Of a DNA stretch of 64,000 nt, positions 1 through 9,421 are shown one piece after another. Each line of letters begins with the position of its first letter. Position 1 is the first letter of the stretch. The DNA is taken from the NCBI GenBank assembly GCA_050015395.1, contig JBEKBM010000001.1, forward strand, positions 96,001 to 160,000. Reading direction: 5' to 3'. The DNA comes from Candidatus Bathyarchaeia archaeon (GTDB taxonomy: Archaea > Thermoproteota > Bathyarchaeia > Bathyarchaeales > Bathycorpusculaceae). The notes beneath the pieces were generated by a model. It did no database searches. It saw nothing but the letters and a program-made list of their open reading frames with translations, and was not told where the DNA came from. The translations under genes and the position numbers were made by a program.

Positions 1-1153
1 AAGTCGCTGTTTGACATGAACACATGTTTGCTCTTATCCACTCTCTGAAAAGCACATCTTCTATGAAGTAAACACCGTCCGAATGCTCCACAAGAGACCC
101 CTTTTCTAGAGAATGAAGCGACTTCATGATGTGTGAAGCAGAAATCAAAGCATGCTTAGCCACAAAATCCACCGAAGAAATATTTTTAACCTGTACCTCT
201 TTCGCAATAGCCAACAGCAATCTTTTCTGGCCTGAAGATAAAGAATCCCAAATACCTGAGAAATAATCCCCATGTTGCGAGAGAATTGTATTCAGCGCCA
301 CCGCAATGTCTTCCTGAGCCACCTTTTTCCTTTCGGTACTCATGCTCCATAGCTCATGGCATAGTTGTTGTGTCAGATAGGGATGACCTTCAGTAAAGTC
401 GAGAATGGACTGTACAATTTCTGGCCTTATGGAAATATTGGTTGCTTTGAATTTGCTAGATATAAACGCGGAAAATTCTGGCAAAGGGATTCTTTCAAGA
501 GGAAAGGGCTTGGCAAATTTATAGAAGGGTCGTCTCTCTTGACCGAACATTTCAGTCATAATATGCTGCTTGCTTCCAGCGAAGAGATACGTAACATCTT
601 TATGCCTCTGAAAACTGCTCCTCACGGTTTTCTCTAAACTTAACCCATCCATAGTTGTTATCTCCTGAAACTCATCAAAGGCGACAACCAGCCGCTTCTT
701 TTTAGCTTCTGCTAACTTCTGTGGCGCATCAATTATTTTGGCTAGAACTTTTTCGGTTCCTTGAGCTATTGCCTCTTTTTTGAAGCTAACGCTTATGCTG
801 CCATCGCTGTTTAGCGTAACTTCAGGGCTAAGACCCGAAATTTGTTCCCTCAAGAAATCGCCAATTCTTTGCAAAGACCCTTGTGAAGGTACAACCGTTT
901 CCTGAATTATTTTATCTATAAAATCGGGTACGGTCAAACAGCCGTAAACATCAATATAGGCAGTGACGAGTCCATCTTTTTTTAATTGATCAAGTACTCT
1001 AAAAATCAGCGATGTTTTACCATAGCGCCGTGGAGAATACAACAGTACATTTTGTCCACTTTTTAGATCTTCAAAAAGTTGCTTAGTTTCCCTCTCTCTA
1101 TCTGCAAAATTATCACCTGAAACAATCTTTCCGTACGTGAAAGGATTTATCAA
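1..1153 (-). CDS. Archaeal AAA-type (STAND-like) ATPase, 3' end outside the window
   Basis: Not in the ORF track. Manual translation from TTG at 1153 gives MINPFTYGKIVSGDNFADRERE..., Walker A YSPRRYGKTS and Walker B LVVAFDEFQE. Confidence 0.85.
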   Translation of the reverse strand, partial: MINPFTYGKIVSGDNFADRERETKQLFEDLKSGQNVLLYSPRRYGKTSLIFRVLDQLKKDGLVTAYIDVYGCLTVPDFIDKIIQETVVPSQGSLQRIGDFLREQISGLSPEVTLNSDGSISVSFKKEAIAQGTEKVLAKIIDAPQKLAEAKKKRLVVAFDEFQEITTMDGLSLEKTVRSSFQRHKDVTYLFAGSKQHIMTEMFGQERRPFYKFAKPFPLERIPLPEFSAFISSKFKATNISIRPEIVQSILDFTEGHPYLTQQLCHELWSMSTERKKVAQEDIAVALNTILSQHGDYFSGIWDSLSSGQKRLLLAIAKEVQVKNISSVDFVAKHALISASHIMKSLHSLEKGSLVEHSDGVYFIEDVLFREWIRANMCSCQTAT

Positions 1154-1176
1154 TGTTGTTACCCAGATTTTAAATT

Positions 1177-1220
1177 ATACCTCTGGGTATAATACCTTAC
1201 GGTATAATACCGTTAAGTAA
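1177..1220. promoter_or_regulatory. Three tandem ATACC-N4-GGTAT palindromes, 15-bp period; putative operator
   Basis: ATACCtctgGGTAT (1177-1190), ATACCttacGGTAT (1192-1205) and degenerate ATACCgttaAGTAA (1207-1220), just upstream of the ATPase start. Confidence 0.6.
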
Positions 1221-1291
1221 CATTTTTTCGAACTAAACAGGGACAACAGGCCAATTAATATTGTGGTTACCTACAGAATAAACCAAAGAGC

Positions 1292-2737
1292 TCAGCGTTT
1301 TGATTCCTGAAAAAGCTCACCTATGTACTCGTTGACTGCTTTGCCGTGTTTTTTGGCTACCCGCTTTATAGCGTCATTTATGCCTGTTGAGTACTGCACC
1401 GCTTTTTTGGGTTTATCCACCATTGAATTTGGCATGCCAACATTCAAAGCAACCTTCCTCAAAACGAGCTTTCGCAGCGTGTCTGGTTTCTGCTCAATTT
1501 TACATTCCAGTGGCAAGCTTAAAGCAAACTCGGCAAGCTCAAACGATGCAAACGGCAAACGCAGCTCCACATCATGAAAACCCGTGATTTTGAGGTCGCG
1601 TTCAAGATTGCTCTCATGAATCCTAACCACGTCATTAAACATTGTTTTTCGAACTTTTTCGCTTCCCTCTTTGCAATACTCGTTGACGTAGCGTTGGTAG
1701 CCTCCGAACAGTTCATCCGCACCCTGCCCAGCCAACATCACCCGGAAGCCTGCTTCAGCCGCTTTTTCTGCTGCCCAATAAAACGGCAATCCAACGCTGG
1801 CTTTAATCGGGTCAGGCTCCTCAATTAGCTCTACTGCTTTGGGCAAAGTCTTTTCCACGTCAGAATCCTTGAACAAATGCACTTGAAGGGGCAGATTCAA
1901 TCCGTCTGATGCTTTGATTGCCTCTTCAGTTTCTGCTTGGTTTTCCATGCTTACATGGAGCAGGTTAACTTTCACTCCAAGCTTACTTGCCAAAAAAGCA
2001 ACTAAGCTGCTGTCTAATCCTCCTGAAAACGCGACCGCAACCTCCTTCACGTCATATGTGCGCCTTCGGATTGATTCTTCAAGAAGAGCTTGAAGCCTCT
2101 TTGCCGCCTCATCCAACGTTATCGGCGTAGGTTCTGCGTAAGTTAGCGTTTTGACGGGTTTGAACTGGAAGCCTTCACAATTCACAAAGGCTATGTTTCC
2201 AGGCGGAAAAGACGTTGGTTTTTCTATTCCCAGTTTCCACAGTGCTTTTCGGTTTGTAGCAACGGCGGCAACGCTTTGGTTTTCGCCGTAATAGAGCGGC
2301 TGAACTCCTACTGGGTCTCTTCCCGCCGCAATCCAACCATCCTTGAGCATTAGAAACGAATAATCCCCATCCGCATTCGCGATTAGTGTTTGCAGGAGGG
2401 CTTCGCAGTGGAGCGGTTCCTTAGCAACCTGTTCCAAGACGGCGGCTTTCGGTATAGGCGAGTAGACTCTTCCTTCGAAAACAAGCGCTGAGTCCTCCAA
2501 CTGCAAAAACTCATAACCGCCCGCCGACTTAGGTTTCGAGGAAACATAGCCAACCATAGCTGATGAAACTAAACCTTGCCTGCTCATGATGTCAAGGTTT
2601 TTGTCTAAAAGACTCTTCGTCGGGGAAACTAACCCAAAATGGCAAGTCCGCACATCACCGAGCGCTTGAAGTAATTCAAGAACCCGCTCAACTACGTTAT
2701 TGCGCTGCTTATCTAATACTGCAACAGTTACCTTCAT
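1292..2737 (-). CDS. asnB: Asparagine synthetase B-like protein (Ntn-like domain plus ATP-pyrophosphatase domain)
   Basis: Motifs RDPVGVQPLYY, PP-loop AFSGGLDSS and GQGADELFGGY. No N-terminal Cys. Confidence 0.8.
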   Translation of the reverse strand: MKVTVAVLDKQRNNVVERVLELLQALGDVRTCHFGLVSPTKSLLDKNLDIMSRQGLVSSAMVGYVSSKPKSAGGYEFLQLEDSALVFEGRVYSPIPKAAVLEQVAKEPLHCEALLQTLIANADGDYSFLMLKDGWIAAGRDPVGVQPLYYGENQSVAAVATNRKALWKLGIEKPTSFPPGNIAFVNCEGFQFKPVKTLTYAEPTPITLDEAAKRLQALLEESIRRRTYDVKEVAVAFSGGLDSSLVAFLASKLGVKVNLLHVSMENQAETEEAIKASDGLNLPLQVHLFKDSDVEKTLPKAVELIEEPDPIKASVGLPFYWAAEKAAEAGFRVMLAGQGADELFGGYQRYVNEYCKEGSEKVRKTMFNDVVRIHESNLERDLKITGFHDVELRLPFASFELAEFALSLPLECKIEQKPDTLRKLVLRKVALNVGMPNSMVDKPKKAVQYSTGINDAIKRVAKKHGKAVNEYIGELFQESKR

Positions 2738-3011
2738 ACTTTCATACCCTCACACACTCAAGTACTACGTACATTCTGCAATAGGTATTGGTAAAACATT
2801 AATCTTTAACGATTTTAACGTATTTTTTTGCCTTACCGTTTTAATTATGAATGAGACATTTATTATAACCGGCATTTCTAGCAACTTGTAAGCGAAGAAC
2901 AATTGGAAACTTTTAACTCAAGGTTGGCATGTCGCGGCTGTGTCTGCCGAGCGGAAAAATTGTTGTCAGCAACGAGCATAGTTAAGAAAAAGACTTATAC
3001 GTAATGAGAGA

Positions 3012-3176
3012 GAAGTTAGAGGTAGATATTTGCCCGCAGAAAAAGAGTTTGAGCCTCATTCGTATCGCTTGGAACGGCAATGACTTTGCCAAGGACTACC
3101 CAAAGTCACTGTCGCCGTCCATGTTTGTCGGCTGTCGGCTCTCCTTTCTACTTTAGGCTATCTGCCCTCAAACTTC
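3012..3176 (-). ncRNA. Long imperfect hairpin (~165 nt), candidate structured RNA or 3' UTR element
   Basis: Nested complementary blocks on the + strand: gaagtt/aacttc, gtagata/tatctgc, gagcc/ggctc, tgg(a)acggc/gccgtcca and tgactttg/caaagtca around a 12-nt loop. Most mismatches become G-U pairs on the minus strand. Confidence 0.4.
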
Positions 3177-3178
3177 AT

Positions 3179-3466
3179 CTATTGTTTCTTCTTATCACTT
3201 GGATTTAATATGTACAGCTTTTTGATACCGTTAGGCTCATTCGTTGGTCTCAGAACAATGTTTTTGAATTCTCCTCTCCGTTGCAATCGCCTAATTCCGC
3301 CTCTGACAGACTCCAAATTGACATCTTCAGAAGAAAGAACTACAGCATAACCCTTTTTTATGCTACCAAGTATTTCTCGGTAAGGCGTATATCTTTTCGT
3401 CTCTGGAACAACTTCTTCTGGTACAACAGTTAGATTAGCTATATCAAGTGCTGATTTCTTTGCCAT
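3179..3466 (-). CDS. Small basic hypothetical protein, possibly nucleic-acid binding
   Basis: 95-aa ATG ORF, rich in K/R, with an AT-rich TATA-like element upstream. No family recognised with confidence. Confidence 0.7.
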   Translation of the reverse strand: MAKKSALDIANLTVVPEEVVPETKRYTPYREILGSIKKGYAVVLSSEDVNLESVRGGIRRLQRRGEFKNIVLRPTNEPNGIKKLYILNPSDKKKQ

Positions 3467-3544
3467 TAGTCATCGCTCTTCTATATGCCTTGCACTGGTA
3501 TTTATAGTTAGTGTCTGCGATGCTTTGGCTGTCTGGTTAGTAAC

Positions 3545-3810
3545 GGCTATTACAGGTTACTATAGGTTACTATAGCAACAGATACTTTTTTGTACCTTTT
3601 TAGTACTTTGCAGTAACTGAATTGGTACCGCTGAAATACTCACTCACTATAAAGCACTCTAACGCACTGCGAAGCACCTATGCTGCACCTATGCGCACGC
3701 TATGGGCACGCTATGCGCTTGCATGTACATAAATATGAAAAGATACGGAAAAGTAGGATAGTTCACAGATTGTACAGCTTAGTGCATTGAGTGCATTGAA
3801 TGCATTTTTT
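3545..3810. repeat. Consecutive degenerate tandem arrays with 9-11 bp period
   Basis: GGTTACTATA x2-3 (3545-3574); TAC-phased units (3583-3637); GCAC at 3654, 3664, 3674, 3685, 3695, 3706; TGCATT at 3783, 3792, 3801. Confidence 0.7.
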
Positions 3811-3954
3811 GTACACATTTGACACAGACACAAACGGTAAATTAATTAGCTCATTTTTGTAAAAAGTTAAAACAAAACATACGTATTGTGAGTTTTTTAC
3901 GGACAAAACATTAATCTTTAATCTGCATATCCTTCACTCTGAGGAAACACTAAC

Positions 3955-5289
3955 TTGCCTATCCTACCTATAGATACTGGTCGTTACGGAACACCAGAAA
4001 TGCTAAAAATCTTCGAAGAGGAAACTCGAGTTCAAAAATTGCTTGATGTTGAAGCTGCTTTAGCTTTAGCACACGCTGAAGTGGGCAATATTCCAAAGAA
4101 AGACGCGGAAAAAATCGCCGCCATGGCTTCAACCAAGTACGTAAAAGTTGAACGAGTTAAAGCTATTGAAAAAGAGATAAAGCATGATATTGCCTCGCTG
4201 GTTCGTGCGCTCTCCGAAGCTTGCGGTCCAAGCGGCGCCTACGTACATTTGGGCGCAACAAGCTACGACATCGTAGACACTGCTAACGCCTTGCAACTAA
4301 AGGATGCTTTAGGGCTTATCGAGAAAAAGCTATCCGATTTGAAGGAAATATTGAAAAAGCAAGCGGCTCAGCATAAAGGAACGGTGATGATTGGCAGAAC
4401 CCATGGGCAACACGCCTTGCCGATTACTTTGGGCTTTAAGTTTGCGGTTTGGGGCTACGAGGTTAACAGGCACATTGAACGGTTAAACGAGTGCAAAAAA
4501 CGCGTCTTAGTGGGAAAAATAAGCGGCGCAGTGGGTACGCAGGCTGGTTTAGGTGAGCATGCCACGGTGATTCAGGAGCTTGTAATGGAAAGGCTTGGTC
4601 TGCGTGCAGCCGAGATTTCAACACAGATTGTTCAGAGAGACCGTTACGCTGAACTTGTTTGCGCTTACGCGATGGTTGCTTCTTCGCTGGAGAATTTTGC
4701 AACCGAGATACGGGAGCTCCAAAGACCTGAAATCGGCGAGCTCTCTGAGGCGTTTGAAGCGGACAAGCAGGTCGGCAGCTCCACGATGCCGCATAAACAG
4801 AACCCTGAAACATGCGAGAGAGTTTGCGGTTTAGCCCGAATCGTCCGAAGCCTCAGCACTCCCGCATTGGAAGACATGATTACGTGGCATGAACGAGATT
4901 TAACGCAGTCATCAGCTGAACGCTTCATTCTGCCAGAATCAAACATTCTGCTTGACTACATGCTCAACTTAATGTGCAATATTATCGCTAACCTGCGGGT
5001 CGATAGCCAGCGGATGCTGCAGAATCTATCGTTGACTCAGGGACGCGCCATGTCTGAAGCGGTAATGATGGCGTTGACAAAGAAAGGCGTGAACAGGCAG
5101 GAAGCACACGAGTTACTGAGGAAACTGACAATTCAAAGTGCGCTGGAAAAGCGGGACTTCAAGCAAGTTCTCCTCCAAGACAAATTCGTAAGCAGCAAAA
5201 TGAGCGAAAAAGAGATAGATGAAGCATTAAACCCGAAGAACTATTTGGGCACGGCAATCAAACAGGCTGAAAAATTTGCTAAAAGCTAA
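3955..5289 (+). CDS. purB: Adenylosuccinate lyase
   Basis: Motifs HLGATSYDI, GRTHGQHA and the fumarase-family signature GSSTMPHKQNP. Confidence 0.96.
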   Translation: MPILPIDTGRYGTPEMLKIFEEETRVQKLLDVEAALALAHAEVGNIPKKDAEKIAAMASTKYVKVERVKAIEKEIKHDIASLVRALSEACGPSGAYVHLGATSYDIVDTANALQLKDALGLIEKKLSDLKEILKKQAAQHKGTVMIGRTHGQHALPITLGFKFAVWGYEVNRHIERLNECKKRVLVGKISGAVGTQAGLGEHATVIQELVMERLGLRAAEISTQIVQRDRYAELVCAYAMVASSLENFATEIRELQRPEIGELSEAFEADKQVGSSTMPHKQNPETCERVCGLARIVRSLSTPALEDMITWHERDLTQSSAERFILPESNILLDYMLNLMCNIIANLRVDSQRMLQNLSLTQGRAMSEAVMMALTKKGVNRQEAHELLRKLTIQSALEKRDFKQVLLQDKFVSSKMSEKEIDEALNPKNYLGTAIKQAEKFAKS

Positions 5290-5292
5290 GAA

Positions 5293-7539
5293 CTAAAAAT
5301 CTGAAAGCGCTCTCTGCTTAAATTCTTGCTCTCTATCGAGTTTTTCCCATGTGTCCTTTTTTACGAATCCGCCGACTTGTTCCTTAATTTTCTTAGCTAA
5401 CCTTGGCCCCACAAGCGGCAAATTAGTCAAGTCCTCGACTGACGCGTGCTTTATGTCTTCTATGGTTTTGTATCCTGCGTTATACATTATGCGTCCGCGG
5501 ACTCTGCCTACCCCTTCCAGCCGGACAATGGGCAGTAGCTCTTTCTTTATGCCTTTAGAAACCCTCTCCACCAACTCGTTGGTGAGTGGCAAAACCTCTT
5601 TTTCTCCGAAAAGCGAAGCTAACTCGTCGGTAGCGTGAAGCAGCCACTTTGCATTCTCAATGGTTCGATACAGGTCGCCGGGCTGCACGTTGAACTGCTC
5701 GATGAGTTTTTCTTCGCTGACTTCCTCAATCCAACTCTTCATCACCAAGGCAGTTTTGATTTCGCCAAGAAACTCCTCGTATGAAAAGTGGTCGCCCCAC
5801 TCGTTTGGAACATCAGTGAAAAGTTCATCTTTGTGCTCTTCCAGCTGAACCGCCAGCGCATCACACTCTCGCGTGTAGGGTCTCATTACTGGCCCCATGT
5901 CGGGCGTGTGAGAAATCAAATGAAGCAAACCAAAATCTGTTAGAGAAGCAGGTTTGTTTCTTAGGGCGTCGCGGATTACAACTGCTGAGAGTGGGTCAAT
6001 GTAGAGTTCGCTTACTCGTTTCCCGAACTTTGTTGCGTAGATGTTGTCTCCGCTGAAATCAATCATTTGCTCGTCATAGAGGTACTTTAGGATTTTACCA
6101 ATGATGCTCTTAATGGCTTTCACGTCGTATTGGTAAGCGTAGAAGGTTTTGCCGAAGAACTCGTAAATACCATTCTCTGAATGAGCAAAATCTGACGCGA
6201 CAGTTGCCAACACATGTCCTCGGATTATTTTTTCAACCCCCAGCCTAGACCAAATCCGCTCAGGCTTAGCCAAAACGTAGCCTTCCATCAAATAGTCCGC
6301 TTCACCCGAGGTTTTGGCGATAAGGATTGATTCACCCACCTTATCGTATTTTGGTCTTCCAGCCCTGCCCGCCATCTGCTTATACTCCAACACGCTAATC
6401 GGGTAGTTCCCATAGCCTGGCTCAAAACGCCTGTAATCCTGAATAATAACCGTTCGCGCCGGAAGATTAACACCAAACGCTAACGTAGGCGTGGCAGTCA
6501 ACACTTTGATTTTTCCCTCCTTAAAGGAATCCTCAATCAGCTTACGATGCACACCCGCCAAGCCGGCATGGTGAAAAGCTGTGCCGCACCGAACAAGCTC
6601 AGCGAGAGTTTCGCTGATTTGGGTTCGCTCGCCGGCAGCGAGGATTTTTTGTGCTTCATGTTCCAGCGTTCGCTTCATAGGCTTAGATAAGACTTCGCCT
6701 GTATGTTGGGCAATGGTTTTTGCCGCTGAAACCGAGTTTTTCCTTGTTGAAGCAAAAACTAACGCTTGCCCACCAGTCTTCAGAGTGTTCAAAACCAGGT
6801 TTACTGTGGGGTAGCGTGTTTTCTTTTCGATTTTTCTTGCGTCTCCATCCTTGTACTGGATTTCCTCATTCAAAATCACGCCTTCCTTAAGCGAGACTGG
6901 ACGCCACTCAGTCACAACGTAGCTGGCTTTTAGCCACGATGCGATTTCGTCAACATTGTTTATGGTGGCGCTTAACGCTAAAACCTGAATGTCAGGATTA
7001 ACCTGCAACAGCCTTGCAAGCACCACTTCAAGGGTTGGACCGCGCCCCGCATCGTTTAAAAGGTGAACCTCATCCGCAACCACCAGGGAGATGTCGTCCA
7101 TCCATTTGGCACGGTGCCGCAAAAGCGAATCGGCTTTCTCGTTCGTTGAAATTATGACATCATAGCGCTCGAGCCATGTGTCGGCGGTGTCAAAGTCGCC
7201 TGTGCTGATGCCCACGCTGACTTTTCTGCCATCCGCCTTTCTGATGGACGAGTATTTTCTGAATTCTTCAAACTTTTCACTTGCCAACGCTCGGAGTGGC
7301 GAGAGGTAAATTACTTTGCCGTTCTTCTCCAGCACATGTTTGAGACCGCAGAGTTCAGCAATCAACGTTTTACCTGAAGCGGTTGGGCTAGCCAAAACGA
7401 TGTTTTTGCCGTCTAGCACTCCTGCCCGTATGGTTTCTTCTTGAGGAGGAAACAACTCTGTAATCCCCAAGTTAAGCAGTATTTCCTTGACTTGTTCTGG
7501 AACGGGCAACTCTGCAATCTTCAACTTTAAACTCGCCAT
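5293..7539 (-). CDS. hel308: Ski2-like SF2 DNA helicase Hel308/Hjm
   Basis: Motifs PTASGKT, DEVH, LSAT, HHAGL, QMAGRAGRP and a C-terminal HhH (GVGRVRGR). Confidence 0.93.
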   Translation of the reverse strand: MASLKLKIAELPVPEQVKEILLNLGITELFPPQEETIRAGVLDGKNIVLASPTASGKTLIAELCGLKHVLEKNGKVIYLSPLRALASEKFEEFRKYSSIRKADGRKVSVGISTGDFDTADTWLERYDVIISTNEKADSLLRHRAKWMDDISLVVADEVHLLNDAGRGPTLEVVLARLLQVNPDIQVLALSATINNVDEIASWLKASYVVTEWRPVSLKEGVILNEEIQYKDGDARKIEKKTRYPTVNLVLNTLKTGGQALVFASTRKNSVSAAKTIAQHTGEVLSKPMKRTLEHEAQKILAAGERTQISETLAELVRCGTAFHHAGLAGVHRKLIEDSFKEGKIKVLTATPTLAFGVNLPARTVIIQDYRRFEPGYGNYPISVLEYKQMAGRAGRPKYDKVGESILIAKTSGEADYLMEGYVLAKPERIWSRLGVEKIIRGHVLATVASDFAHSENGIYEFFGKTFYAYQYDVKAIKSIIGKILKYLYDEQMIDFSGDNIYATKFGKRVSELYIDPLSAVVIRDALRNKPASLTDFGLLHLISHTPDMGPVMRPYTRECDALAVQLEEHKDELFTDVPNEWGDHFSYEEFLGEIKTALVMKSWIEEVSEEKLIEQFNVQPGDLYRTIENAKWLLHATDELASLFGEKEVLPLTNELVERVSKGIKKELLPIVRLEGVGRVRGRIMYNAGYKTIEDIKHASVEDLTNLPLVGPRLAKKIKEQVGGFVKKDTWEKLDREQEFKQRALSDF

Positions 7540-7686
7540 TAATTAGTTAATTTATCACTTATTTGAACGAGCTAATTAATAGAATTAGCCGTAGCGAAAA
7601 CTGTTTTTTCAGCTACATTTTTCTATTTGAACTAGATAATAGCAAGGTGACGAGTTATCTTATCCCTCAAAACAGGAGGATACTGT

Positions 7687-8910
7687 ATGGTTGAAAACGT
7701 GAAAGAACTCCTTAAACTGCATGAAGGTATAACACACGAGGTTTACCTTGACAACGAGAACTCCAGCATAGTTCCCCAAGAAATAGTGGACGCTATGCTG
7801 CCCTACTTTAACCAGAAAGCTTACGGCAACCCCACATTAACCCACAAACCCGGCTGGGAAGCCTTCGAAGTAATAATGAACAGTTTCCAGAAAATCAGCA
7901 AGTTCATGGGCGCAAAAATCCTGGAGGAAATCACTTTCACTCCTAGCGAAACAGAAGCCAACAACCTAGCCATCATGGGCTCAGCGTTCGCCCAAAAAAG
8001 CAAAGGCAAAAAAATCATCATATCCGAAATTGAACCAATTAACGTGTTGCAGGTTGCTGAGATGATGCAGAAGTTCGGTTTCACAACCACAAAAATCCCA
8101 GTAAACCAAGAAGGCTTCATCAACCTTGAAAAACTCAAAGAAGCAGTTGACAACGAAACCATACTGGTCAGCGTTTCAGCTGTGAACAATGAGATTGGGA
8201 CAGTGCAGCCGATTAAAGAAGCTGTTGACATTGTTAAAGCCAAAAACCCCCAAGCACTTTTTCACACAGACGCGTCAGACGCTTATGGCAGAATTCCCTT
8301 TAACGTGCAAAACCTAAAGGTAGACTTAGCCACAATCAGCAGTTACAAGATTCAAGGTCCACGCGGCATGGGAGCAATGTACCTGCGTGACGGCGTAAAC
8401 ATGGAACGCATTCTTGAAGGGCAAATTGGAACACAGAAACTTTGGCCAGGAATCGAAAACACACCCCTAATCGTCGGTTTTACTAAGGCTTCGGAGCTTG
8501 CATTCCAAAACTTCGAAGCAAACACCGCTAAAATGCGAATGTTACGCGATAAGCTTGTTGACGGCATATTTAGCGAACTGGATGACCTGCGTTTTAATGG
8601 TCCAAAAGGTGAGAAACGATCACCAGACAACGCTAACGTTAGCATTTTACGAGCTGAAGGCGAAGCCTTAACCATAGAGTTAAGCCTCAAGGGCGTTTAC
8701 GTTTCCAGCGGCAGCGCATGCAGCCGAAGACTGCTTCAGCCAAGCCACGTTCTTGTCGCAATTGGCCGCAGATTCAGTGAAGCACACGGCAGTATACTCA
8801 TGAAAACTACGCGTTATCTTACAGAAGAGGATATAGCTTACGTTTTGAAAGTGTTACCTCCGTCTGTGAACCGTATAAGAGGGATAGTTGGCTCAACAGG
8901 AGTTGATTAA
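7687..8910 (+). CDS. iscS: Group I (IscS/NifS-like) cysteine desulfurase homolog with a divergent active site
   Basis: Motifs YLDN, YGNP, TEANNLAI, VNNEIG, SSYKIQGPRG (PLP Lys) and SSGSACS. Directly upstream of iscU. Confidence 0.8.
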   Translation: MVENVKELLKLHEGITHEVYLDNENSSIVPQEIVDAMLPYFNQKAYGNPTLTHKPGWEAFEVIMNSFQKISKFMGAKILEEITFTPSETEANNLAIMGSAFAQKSKGKKIIISEIEPINVLQVAEMMQKFGFTTTKIPVNQEGFINLEKLKEAVDNETILVSVSAVNNEIGTVQPIKEAVDIVKAKNPQALFHTDASDAYGRIPFNVQNLKVDLATISSYKIQGPRGMGAMYLRDGVNMERILEGQIGTQKLWPGIENTPLIVGFTKASELAFQNFEANTAKMRMLRDKLVDGIFSELDDLRFNGPKGEKRSPDNANVSILRAEGEALTIELSLKGVYVSSGSACSRRLLQPSHVLVAIGRRFSEAHGSILMKTTRYLTEEDIAYVLKVLPPSVNRIRGIVGSTGVD

Positions 8911-8912
8911 AA

Positions 8913-9419
8913 ATGTCGCGTATACCACTACCTTACAATCCGAAAGTGATGGATTTATTCAGGAACCCCAAGAATCTGGGAAAAATGGAAGACGCCACTG
9001 TCGTAGCAGTCGCTGGAAACCCAGCCTGCGGAGACATGATAACCTTCTACCTAAAAATAACCAGTCAAGAAATTATTGAAAGAGCAAGTTTCGAAAGTTA
9101 CGGTTGCGCAGCAAACATCGCCACATCCAGCATAGTTACAGAAATGGTTAAGGGCTTAAGCCTTGAAGCTGCATGGAGAGACATAACTTGGAAGAAAGTC
9201 ACTGAGGAAATCGGTGGATTACCAAGCGTCAAATTCCACTGCGGAGTACTCGCTGTAGGCGCACTAAAACGTGCAATAAGGCAATACTACAAAGAAAAAG
9301 GTGTTGCCGTGCCCAGTTGGTTGCCAGCAGAACACACTTTTGAAGAAAAACAGGCGCTGGAAGAAGAAGAGCTAGCAAAGATGCTGTCCAAGAGGCTAAA
9401 GACAGAGGCAGAGAAGTAA
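8913..9419 (+). CDS. iscU: Fe-S cluster scaffold IscU/NifU-N
   Basis: Motifs NPKNLG, GNPACGD, YGCAA and KFHC. Confidence 0.93.
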   Translation: MSRIPLPYNPKVMDLFRNPKNLGKMEDATVVAVAGNPACGDMITFYLKITSQEIIERASFESYGCAANIATSSIVTEMVKGLSLEAAWRDITWKKVTEEIGGLPSVKFHCGVLAVGALKRAIRQYYKEKGVAVPSWLPAEHTFEEKQALEEEELAKMLSKRLKTEAEK

Positions 9420-9421
9420 TC

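Noticed and set aside
3545-3810. Repeat arrays as a CRISPR array
   Set aside because: Units are 9-11 bp, degenerate and without unique spacers. No cas genes in the window.
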